From Thermomicrobiales bacterium (lineage in GTDB: Bacteria; Chloroflexota; Chloroflexia; Thermomicrobiales; UBA6265): 64,000 nucleotides of DNA. The translations under genes were made by a program, and so were the position numbers. Shown here piece after piece: positions 1 to 7,817 of the stretch. Position 1 is the stretch's first letter, and each line of letters begins with the position of its first letter. Under the pieces are notes generated by a model. The model worked only from the letters and a program-made list of their open reading frames with translations. It was not told the origin of the DNA and did not search any database. The DNA lies in NCBI GenBank assembly GCA_034431475.1, contig DAOUDE010000074.1, forward strand, positions 31,348 to 95,347. Reading direction: 5' to 3'.

Positions 1-242
1 GGTACGAAATGGCGGTAGCTACCGGCGCCCAGGTAGACATCCTCGCCGCGTGCGACCCGGTTGGCCGCTGCGAGGCTTGAGAGCTTGTCCAGGGCCTCGA
101 CTTCCGTCAGGATCGGCGGCAAGTGCATCTCGGGGAAGCGCACGGCCTCGGGGATCGGCGCAAAGAAATCGCTGACGCTCGCGGCGCCGGCAACTTCCAG
201 CATGGCGAGGCGATCCTCAGCCGTGTGTGGATTGAATGTCAT
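1..242 (-). CDS. gcvPA: glycine dehydrogenase (aminomethyl-transferring) subunit 1, N-terminal part; gene runs off the window start
   Basis: Not in ORF track (no stop in window). Own minus-strand translation from ATG at 240-242: MTFNPHTAEDRLAMLEVAGAASVSDFFAPIPEAVRFPEMHLPPILTEVEALDKL...GAGSYRHFV, a typical GcvPA N-terminus; directly follows gcvT-gcvH. Confidence 0.8.
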   Translation of the reverse strand, partial: MTFNPHTAEDRLAMLEVAGAASVSDFFAPIPEAVRFPEMHLPPILTEVEALDKLSSLAAANRVARGEDVYLGAGSYRHFV

Positions 243-304
243 GCGTGTGGGTCCACCATCTCTTTGTGAAAGGAATTCCTGAACGATCCTGGGCTGTGGT
301 TGAG

Positions 305-694
305 CTAGTGCGCCGCAGACTCAGCGAACGCGTCGTACGCCGCCGCGTCCATCAGGGCCTCGAACTTGGCCAGATCGCTGATGCGCACCTTCACCAGCCA
401 TGCGTCACCGTACGGGGACGAGTTCACCGTCTCTGGCGCATCCACGGCCGCGTCGTTGCGCTCCACGACCTCGCCATCGACCGGCGAAAAGATGTCGTTC
501 GCCGCCTTCACCGATTCAACTACGCCGAGCGCGGCGTTCTCGGCGATCGCGGTGCCGACCTCCGGGAGGTCCAGATAGGTGATGTCACCCAACTCGGACT
601 GCGCAAAGTCTGTAACACCGATGGTGGCGACGTCGCCGTCCAGCGAAACCCATTCGTGCGTTTTGGTGTACCGGCGATCTGCTGGAGATGACAT
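305..694 (-). CDS. gcvH: glycine cleavage system H protein
   Basis: 129 aa; YTKTHEWV N-terminus and lipoyl-lysine motif GVVESVKAANDIFSPV. Confidence 0.95.
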   Translation of the reverse strand: MSSPADRRYTKTHEWVSLDGDVATIGVTDFAQSELGDITYLDLPEVGTAIAENAALGVVESVKAANDIFSPVDGEVVERNDAAVDAPETVNSSPYGDAWLVKVRISDLAKFEALMDAAAYDAFAESAAH

Positions 695-728
695 GATTGC
701 CTGCGTGCTCCTTGCCTACCTGTCGGGC

Positions 729-1868
729 CTAGCTCTTGCTGCGGCGGTAAAAGGGAAGCTTGACTTGCTCGGCGCGAACCGGGCGCCCACGAATGATGAT
801 GTCCAGCGGCTTCCCGACGCCTGCGACATCAGCGTCCACCAGGGCCAGCCCGATTTCTTCTCCCAGGGAGGGCGAGCGGCCACCGCTGGTGACAACACCC
901 ACCGCGCGACCGTCGACCTGGACCTCGTAGCCATGTCGGGCCGAGCCAGCTCGTTCGACCAGGCGGAACCCGACCGTTTTTCGCGGGACGCCGTCCTCTT
1001 TCAGCCTGGCGATCGCGTCACGGCCAATAAAATCGCCCTTGTCCAGCTTGACTGCCCAGCCGACGCCTGCCTCGAGCGGGCTGATATCGTCGGCCAGCTC
1101 GTTGCCATAGAGCGGCATACGCGCTTCAAGGCGGAGGGTGTCGCGGGCCCCCAGGCCAATCGGCGCAAGGCCAAGCGACTCGCCAGCGGCCATGAGCGCG
1201 TCCCAGAGGGCGGCGGTCGATTCCTGGGGCACGTAGAACTCGAAGCCGTCTTCGCCCGTATACCCCGTCCGGGCCGCCAGAACCGGGATTCCGGCGACAG
1301 TCGCGCTCATGCAGCTAAACGGCTTGAGTTCAGCGAGCGGTGTCTCGGTGATGCCAGCCACGATCTCCAGGGCGTTGGGGCCCTGGATGGCGATCATGCC
1401 CAGCTCGTCGGAGACGTCATTGACCTCGACATCGAGTCGTTGCAGGGCGGCGCGTTGCTTCTTCAGCCAGGCCACATCCTTGTCGTGGTTCGCCGCGTTG
1501 ATGACCACGAAATACCCTGGCTCATCCTGCAACCGGTAGACGATGATGTCGTCGATCACGCCGCCCGTTGGGTTCGGGAGCATGGAGTACTGCGCTTCTC
1601 CGGGCTGCAGGACAGACACGTCGTTGGTGGTGATTTGCTGCAGGTAGTCCAACGCATCAGGGCCAGTCACACGGACCTGCCCCATATGTCCCAGATCGAA
1701 CAAGCCAGCCGCGGTGCGAACGGTGCGGTGCTCGTTCAGGATGCCGCTGTACTGCACCGGCATGTACCAGCCGGCAAACGGCACCATCCGGGCGCCGAGG
1801 GCCTCGTGCCGGCTGGTTAGCGCCGTGTGTTGCAGCGCGTTACCGCCTCCGGTTTCCTCGCCAGACAC
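729..1868 (-). CDS. gcvT: glycine cleavage system aminomethyltransferase T
   Basis: 379 aa; MVPFAGWYMPVQYSGILNEHRTVRTAAGLFDLGHMGQVRVTG is the conserved GcvT N-terminal core; GTG start at 1866-1868. Confidence 0.95.
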   Translation of the reverse strand: MSGEETGGGNALQHTALTSRHEALGARMVPFAGWYMPVQYSGILNEHRTVRTAAGLFDLGHMGQVRVTGPDALDYLQQITTNDVSVLQPGEAQYSMLPNPTGGVIDDIIVYRLQDEPGYFVVINAANHDKDVAWLKKQRAALQRLDVEVNDVSDELGMIAIQGPNALEIVAGITETPLAELKPFSCMSATVAGIPVLAARTGYTGEDGFEFYVPQESTAALWDALMAAGESLGLAPIGLGARDTLRLEARMPLYGNELADDISPLEAGVGWAVKLDKGDFIGRDAIARLKEDGVPRKTVGFRLVERAGSARHGYEVQVDGRAVGVVTSGGRSPSLGEEIGLALVDADVAGVGKPLDIIIRGRPVRAEQVKLPFYRRSKS

Positions 1869-1934
1869 CTTCGCTCTTCCTTCTCATTTCCCGTCCACAC
1901 GCAGGGAGTGGCAGACTCGCCCTATTCCGGCGCG

Positions 1935-1963
1935 ATTCTAGGCGGCCCCTGGCAACCGGTCAA
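1935..1963 (-). promoter_or_regulatory. sigma-70 type promoter for the gcvT-gcvH-gcvPA operon
   Basis: Minus strand reads TTGACC (1963-1958), 17-nt spacer, TAGAAT (1940-1935); about 65-nt leader to the GTG. Confidence 0.5.
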
Positions 1964-2020
1964 TTTGTGTGACGGATTGTGGATCGGCGCCGTTATGGAT
2001 GGCTCATAGGGATATGTCGC

Positions 2021-3331
2021 TTATGGTGCCGTCACCGTCGGCAGCAGGCCAAGTCGTCTGAATACCTCGTCCACCTCGGTCAACTGCCGGCGCGGGTCAA
2101 AGAGACCCCGCAGCGTGTCGCCACTGACCAGCTCGCTCACCTCAGGGTCAGCCTCCAGCGCCTCGAGCAGCGCCGGCCCGCCGTTCAGGGCCGCATGCGC
2201 GTGGCGCTGCACCACCTTGTACGCGGCGTGGCGGTCCATGCCCGCATCGACCAGGGCCAGCAGTGCCGGTTGGGAAAAGACGAGGCCGCGCATGGAATCG
2301 AGATTGTGCTGCATCCGCTCCGGATAGACGGCCAGTCGGTCAAGGATGTCGATCATTTCGTGCAGCATGAAGTCGAGCACGATCGTCGCGTCCGGCAAAA
2401 TCACGCGCTCTGTGGAACTGTGACTGATATCACGCTCGTGCCACAGCGCGTTGTTCTCGGCGGCCGTGACCGCGTAGCCCCGCAGGAGCCGCGCCAGCCC
2501 CGTGACCCGCTCTGACGCATGCGGGTTGCGCTTGTGGGGCATAGCCGATGATCCCTGGTTCCCCGGATCGAAGGGCTCTTCTGCTTCCGCAACCTCCGTT
2601 CGCTGCAGGTGGCGAATCTCGGTCGCGAACTTTTCCAAGGTTCCGCCAATGCCAGCGAGCACCGACAGGAAGAAGGCATGCCGGTCACGCTGGAGCACCT
2701 GAGTAGAAGCCAGTGCAGCTTGCAGTCCGAGGGCTGCGCACACCTCTTCTTCCAGACTCGGCGGCACGTGTGCGTGCGTACCGACTGCCCCCGAGATCTT
2801 GCCGACGGCAATGTCCTCGCTCGCCAGTGCCAGCCGGCGCTGCTGGCGACGCAGTTCGTCGTACCAGACCGCCAGCTTCAGCCCGAACGTCGTTGGCTCA
2901 GCGTGCATCCCGTGAGTACGCCCAATCATGAGCGTATCCTTGTACGTGACAGCCTGGCGACCAACGATGTCCGTGAGCTCTCGCAGACGCGTCGCCAGGA
3001 GTTTGGCGGCGGCAACGAGTTGCGTCGCCTGAGCCGTATCCACCACGTCGGTGCTCGTCAGGCCCATGTGGATAAATCGCGCTTCCGGCCCAACCGTTTC
3101 ACCCGTGGCCCGCAAGAACGCGATCAGGTCATGATCAACTTCGCGCTCGATTTCGGCCATACGCTCCAGGTCACAGGTCGCTGCGCGGATCGCCGGCATC
3201 GCTGAGTCCGGGATGCGCCCGCGTGCGTGCCACCCTTCACAGGCCGCCTTCTCCACGGCAAGCCAGGCATCGATGCGCGCCCGCTCATTCCAGATTGCGC
3301 CCATTTCGGGAAGGGTGTACCGCTCGATCAC
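2021..3331 (-). CDS. purB: adenylosuccinate lyase
   Basis: ORF 2021..3718 is over-extended. Homology begins at VIERYTLPEMGAIWNERARIDAWLAVE (GTG at 3329-3331), the canonical PurB N-terminus. The SSAMPHKRNP catalytic loop is present. Confidence 0.92.
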   Translation of the reverse strand: MIERYTLPEMGAIWNERARIDAWLAVEKAACEGWHARGRIPDSAMPAIRAATCDLERMAEIEREVDHDLIAFLRATGETVGPEARFIHMGLTSTDVVDTAQATQLVAAAKLLATRLRELTDIVGRQAVTYKDTLMIGRTHGMHAEPTTFGLKLAVWYDELRRQQRRLALASEDIAVGKISGAVGTHAHVPPSLEEEVCAALGLQAALASTQVLQRDRHAFFLSVLAGIGGTLEKFATEIRHLQRTEVAEAEEPFDPGNQGSSAMPHKRNPHASERVTGLARLLRGYAVTAAENNALWHERDISHSSTERVILPDATIVLDFMLHEMIDILDRLAVYPERMQHNLDSMRGLVFSQPALLALVDAGMDRHAAYKVVQRHAHAALNGGPALLEALEADPEVSELVSGDTLRGLFDPRRQLTEVDEVFRRLGLLPTVTAP

Positions 3332-3463
3332 GCGCCTCGCTCCTGTTGCCCACGTCTCGGTCCGCCAGGTTGAGTATAGGAATTGATTGTCTGCGCCCTG
3401 CCGCTCCGGTACACTCGGCTGCGAGGGAATGAGAGCCACGCAAACCTTTGACACGCTCGGTCT

Positions 3464-3630
3464 ATAGCGCCAGGACTCGCCACGAGGAGACGAGTCGACG
3501 AGGCGGGAGTCAATCGAAACACTCGGCGGATGGCTCCCCGGCAAGCACAGTCGAAACGGGCGGAACAAACCGGCAAGGCAACAAGCCGACAAAACCCTCC
3601 CGGAGTGCATCCTCTCACTTCCCATCACAA
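3464..3630 (+). ncRNA. glmS ribozyme: glmS ribozyme (GlcN6P-dependent self-cleaving riboswitch) in the glmS 5' leader
   Basis: AUAGCGCCAGGACU...GUCGACGAGG...AAUCGAAACACUCGGCGGAUGGCUCCCCGGC...CCGGCAAGG is colinear with the conserved glmS ribozyme core (A|GCGCC cleavage site at 3466/3467). It ends about 85 nt before the glmS ATG. The 3' boundary is approximate. Confidence 0.85.
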
Positions 3631-3716
3631 CTTGGCGATGGTGTACGCCTGGACGGTGGTTCAGTGCGGTCACCATGTTTCGCATTTGCCGGACGCAACA
3701 AGCCGGAGGACCAGGC

Positions 3717-5483
3717 ATGTGTGGAGTATTTGGGTACGTTGGCGCAGAGACCGACGTTGGAGCAACGGTGCTCTCCGCGCTGAAGACGCTTGAGTATCGC
3801 GGTTACGATTCCTGGGGAGTGGCGGTCGCCGCCGCGGACGGCATGATGGTCGACAAAGAGCCGGGCCGCATCAACGGCGTACACAAGCCCTTTCCGCGCT
3901 CGCGCAGCGGCCTCGGCCACACGCGCTGGGCAACCCACGGCGGAGTAACTGCCGAGAACGCGCACCCCCACGTGGATGAGGCCGGGCGCATTGCCGTCGT
4001 CCACAACGGGATCATCGAAAACCACGCTGTGCTGAAAACTGAACTGCTGGCGCGCGGTCACACGTTTCGCTCGGAAACCGACAGTGAGGTGGTCGTTCAC
4101 CTGGTCGAAGAAGCCCTGAATCAGGGTGAATCCCTCCCCCAGGCGGTGTCATCGGTTTTCGAAAGGCTCGAGGGGTACAACGCGGTCGTGGTCCTGGACC
4201 GAGCAAGCGAGCAGTTTGCCGCAGCCAAGCGCGTTTCTCCGTTGGTCATTGGCCGGGGCGCAAACGCCTCCACCATCGCTTCGGACGCAGTGGCAATGCA
4301 CGGTCACGCGGACGAGTTGATTTACCTCGATGACGAACAACTTGCGATCTTGACGGCGACGGGCATTGACGTGCTTGACCGTGTAACGCTTGAGCCATCG
4401 ACACCATATGTCGTCCCGATTCACGCAGCCGACAACGACATCGACCTTGGCGCACACCCGCACTTCATGGCCAAGGAGATGTCCGAGCAGCCGCGATCTC
4501 TGCGCCGCCTCGTACAGGAGGGCAGAGAAGAGATCACGGCGCTGGCAGCCGCCGTGCGAGAGTCTGATCGGGTCCTGCTGGTGGGATGCGGCACCGCCGC
4601 AAACGCCGCGCTGGCCGGGACTTACATCTTCAGCGACCTTTGCGGACGCGAAGCCAACCTTGTGGCGGCGTCCGAGTTCCGCTACCGCAGCGCCTTTCTG
4701 GATGAGCGCGCCCTTGTCATCGCCATCTCACAGAGCGGTGAAACCATTGACGTGCTGGAGGCCGTTCACGAAGCGCAAAGGCGCGGCGCGCGCGTAGCGG
4801 CCATCGTGAATACACCTAACTCGTCGCTCGACAGGCTTGTCAAGACCAGCGTGCATCTGCGCTCCGGCGTCGAGCAGTGCGTGCTGGCGACGAAGTCATA
4901 CACAGCGATGCTGGCGACGTTGATCCTGACTGCCTGTGAATTGAGCGGTGACTGGGACGCCGGAGCCCATGCTGTCGCCCGTGCAGCCGACACTATCGAA
5001 GCCATGCTGGGTAGTGGTACGCCCGACCAACTCCGTGAGCTCGGGGGATATGTTGCTTCACGCGAGCATATGTTCCCGATTGGCCGCGGCGTTCACTACG
5101 CTTCGGCGCTCGAGGCCGCCCTCAAGATCAAGGAAGTCAGCTATGTTCACGCCGAAGGATTTGCCGCTGGCGAGCTGAAGCACGGCGTGATCGCACTCAT
5201 CGAGCCTGGCACGCCGTGCCTGGTCTTCGCGGCATCCGATCTGACGCACACGGATGTACTCTCCGGAGCGGCTGAGCTGCGCAGCCGGGGCGGCTACATG
5301 ATTGGGGTCGGGAGTGAGCCAGACCCAACCTTCGATGCGTTCGTCACGGTGCCGGAAAGCGGCATCGCGAACGTCATCGTTGAAGCGCTCCCCGGACAAC
5401 TGCTTGGCTACTACGCTGCGCTGGCTCGCGGAAACGACCCGGATCGTCCCCGCAACCTGGCCAAGAGCGTTACGGTCAAATGA
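3717..5483 (+). CDS. glmS: glutamine--fructose-6-phosphate aminotransferase (isomerizing)
   Basis: Starts MCGVFGYVG (catalytic Cys2) after GGAGGA at 3705-3710. Two SIS domains; ends ...LAKSVTVK. Confidence 0.97.
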   Translation: MCGVFGYVGAETDVGATVLSALKTLEYRGYDSWGVAVAAADGMMVDKEPGRINGVHKPFPRSRSGLGHTRWATHGGVTAENAHPHVDEAGRIAVVHNGIIENHAVLKTELLARGHTFRSETDSEVVVHLVEEALNQGESLPQAVSSVFERLEGYNAVVVLDRASEQFAAAKRVSPLVIGRGANASTIASDAVAMHGHADELIYLDDEQLAILTATGIDVLDRVTLEPSTPYVVPIHAADNDIDLGAHPHFMAKEMSEQPRSLRRLVQEGREEITALAAAVRESDRVLLVGCGTAANAALAGTYIFSDLCGREANLVAASEFRYRSAFLDERALVIAISQSGETIDVLEAVHEAQRRGARVAAIVNTPNSSLDRLVKTSVHLRSGVEQCVLATKSYTAMLATLILTACELSGDWDAGAHAVARAADTIEAMLGSGTPDQLRELGGYVASREHMFPIGRGVHYASALEAALKIKEVSYVHAEGFAAGELKHGVIALIEPGTPCLVFAASDLTHTDVLSGAAELRSRGGYMIGVGSEPDPTFDAFVTVPESGIANVIVEALPGQLLGYYAALARGNDPDRPRNLAKSVTVK

Positions 5484-6271
5484 GCGATGCCCTGCCGCCA
5501 ATTTTCGACACCCATGCTCACCTCGACGATTCCGCTTTTGACGTTGATCGGCGAGAGGTTGTAGAACGTGGGCGCGCAGCCGGAGTGCAGCACTTCCTCA
5601 ATATCGCCTATCGGCCAGATATCTGGGAGCAGTCTGTCGCCCTCCGTGCCGCCCACCCAGGTGTCGAGTTGGCGGCGGGTCTTCACCCCCAGGACGCAGG
5701 GAGCTTCCGCGCCGCGCAGGCCAACGCGCTCGCCGAGCAGCTTCTCGCGCTGCGGCCGCTGGCCATTGGTGAGGCCGGGTTCGACTTTGCCCGGCCCGGC
5801 CCCACCTTCGGTGAGCAACAACGCGCCTTCCAATGGCAAATTGAAATCGCCATCGCCGCCAATCTCCCACTGGTCATTCATCAACGCGATGCTCAAGAAC
5901 ACCTCACCAGGGAGCTTGATGCCTGGCCCCAGTTGCGGGCGATCATTCTCCACTCCTTTGACGGTGACGCGCGGCTTGCCGCCTGGGCGGTGGAACGGGG
6001 CTGCTTCGTTGGGATCGGGGGCCTTGCCTGTCGCAAGAGTTCCCGTGTTCTCCGCGCCGCCTTGCAGCATATTCCAGTGGAGTCCCTTCTCCTGGAAACT
6101 GACGCTCCCTATCTGGCGCCCCCCAATGCGTCGTCGCGGCGCAATGAGCCAGCAAATCTGCCACTGATCGCAGCAGCACTCGCGCCGCTCTGGAACCTGT
6201 CGCCGGAACAACTCTGCTCCCAAACGACGGCCAACGCCCTGGGCGTTTTGTGCCTGGAATCGAGATCCTGA
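5480..6271 (+). CDS. tatD: TatD family metal-dependent hydrolase
   Basis: 263 aa; IFDTHAHLDDSAF N-terminal motif, LETDAPYLAP motif; ATGA start/stop overlap with glmS. Confidence 0.9.
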   Translation: MSDALPPIFDTHAHLDDSAFDVDRREVVERGRAAGVQHFLNIAYRPDIWEQSVALRAAHPGVELAAGLHPQDAGSFRAAQANALAEQLLALRPLAIGEAGFDFARPGPTFGEQQRAFQWQIEIAIAANLPLVIHQRDAQEHLTRELDAWPQLRAIILHSFDGDARLAAWAVERGCFVGIGGLACRKSSRVLRAALQHIPVESLLLETDAPYLAPPNASSRRNEPANLPLIAAALAPLWNLSPEQLCSQTTANALGVLCLESRS

Positions 6272-6545
6272 CCCGAGCCTGCGGCCGCGCGCGCCCGATT
6301 CATGGCCAGGATTTCTTCCAGGTTTGAATTTCGAGGTCCGCACGTTGGTAGTTCCGCTGCGGCACTTTTGTGCCAGCAGAACACCCTCGGCCAGTACTAT
6401 GCTTGGTACCCTTCGAGTGGCGCCGCCCGCTCACCTGGCGCCATTCATCAGTGAGTCTTCTCAACGGAGAGAAGCACGTTATGACCGATGCTGTTCATTT
6501 GCTGGCGTTCTCGACATCAGCACGGAACGGTTCCGGAACTGAGCG

Positions 6546-7817
6546 ATGATCGCACCAACATCACTTCTGAACCCCAACCTTACGCCACTACGACAGGGAA
6601 GCTTTAACGGATGGCGAGGCCATCTGGACCGGGAACAGGTACCTCCTGTTGTGGCCATCGCTGGCTCCCGCGGCAAGACCAGCGTGCTGCGCGCGGCAGA
6701 GGCCATTTTCACCAACGCCAACCTGCGTACGGCCACCCGGTCCAGCGGTGGCGTCGAGATCGAAGGCGAAAGCCAGCGCGGCGAGATTTCGCCGTGGGCG
6801 CGCGCACTCACCAGGTTGCGTTCAGGAGGGCTCGATGTCGCCTTCCAGGAGGTCGACTGGGTAACGGTGCTGGCAACGGCGTCGGGGGATCTCACGTATC
6901 CCGTGCTTGCCGTCACCAATCTCTGTGCAAACAACGATGCATGTCTCGCCACTCCCGACACAATGTTGGCCCGCAAGGCGCTCGCCCGCATCCGGGCGAG
7001 TCTGCCCGGCACGGCTCAACTTGTCCTCAACGCCCACGATTTCGCCCTCGCTGACGACGACGGCGAGGTTTCCGCTCAGCACTACCTCGTCGGGATGACA
7101 CCGGACGCCCCCATGTTGCGCCGGCATCTGGCGAAAGGCGGCAATGCCTGCTACATCCACAACCACAGCGTCGTGCTGGCCGAGAAAGGCAAGCCGTGTG
7201 CGGTGGCAGAGACCGCCGAGATTCCCTGGTTTCGCGCTGAGTCAGTCCCGTTTTCTGTCCAGAATGGGCTGATGGCGACCGCAATTGCTCACGCCTGTGG
7301 CCTCAGTGTTTCCCAGATTCGTGCCGGTCTGACCGCCTACGAGCCGCGCGCAGCGACCATGCCCGGCTCATTCAACGTCTTTGAGGCCGGCCCGGCAACC
7401 GTCGTGGTGGACCGTCCGACACACCCCTGGTTCCTTCGCACCTCGATACGCGGTGCAGCCGGTCTGGGAGCCCGCCGCCAGATTCGGGTCGTTGGCCCAA
7501 TGCTTTCGGTACCGGCAGAAGATATGAACGAGGTTGGAAGACTTCTTGGCCGGCAGTCTGGCGCGATCATCATGCATGGCGACTGGCCGCATGACCGCCT
7601 CGGACTGTTCAAACTCGGCGTCGCAATGAATGATGTGCCACCGGTGATTCTTCACGCCGCCGACGAACGGCGGGCGATACTGCAAGGGCTGGAAATGCTT
7701 CGCCCAGATGACGTTCTCCTGGTTCTCGCCGAGAACCCTGCCGCGGTGGTCCGGTTGGTCGCGAGCCAGGTTCGGCGCATCGAAGAAGCGCTCCCGCAGC
7801 CCGCCGGAGCCGCATGA
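6546..7817 (+). CDS. Mur ligase family protein resembling the cyanophycin-synthetase M domain, with degenerate catalytic motifs
   Basis: 423 aa; P-loop VVAIAGSRGKTSV; LAVTNLCANNDAC where Mur ligases have TN(I/L)xxDH(L/M); MPGSFNVFE...VVVDRPTHP where CphA/Mur ligases have PGRxN...DYAHNP. ATGA overlap with polX. Confidence 0.7.
   Translation: MIAPTSLLNPNLTPLRQGSFNGWRGHLDREQVPPVVAIAGSRGKTSVLRAAEAIFTNANLRTATRSSGGVEIEGESQRGEISPWARALTRLRSGGLDVAFQEVDWVTVLATASGDLTYPVLAVTNLCANNDACLATPDTMLARKALARIRASLPGTAQLVLNAHDFALADDDGEVSAQHYLVGMTPDAPMLRRHLAKGGNACYIHNHSVVLAEKGKPCAVAETAEIPWFRAESVPFSVQNGLMATAIAHACGLSVSQIRAGLTAYEPRAATMPGSFNVFEAGPATVVVDRPTHPWFLRTSIRGAAGLGARRQIRVVGPMLSVPAEDMNEVGRLLGRQSGAIIMHGDWPHDRLGLFKLGVAMNDVPPVILHAADERRAILQGLEMLRPDDVLLVLAENPAAVVRLVASQVRRIEEALPQPAGAA

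Noticed and set aside
1869-2020. Glycine riboswitch upstream of gcvT
   Set aside because: From the predicted promoter (TTGACC-17-TAGAAT) the leader is only about 65 nt. It lacks the conserved GGAGAG...ACCGAAGGGGCAA and CUCAGGCAAAAGGAC blocks on the minus strand.
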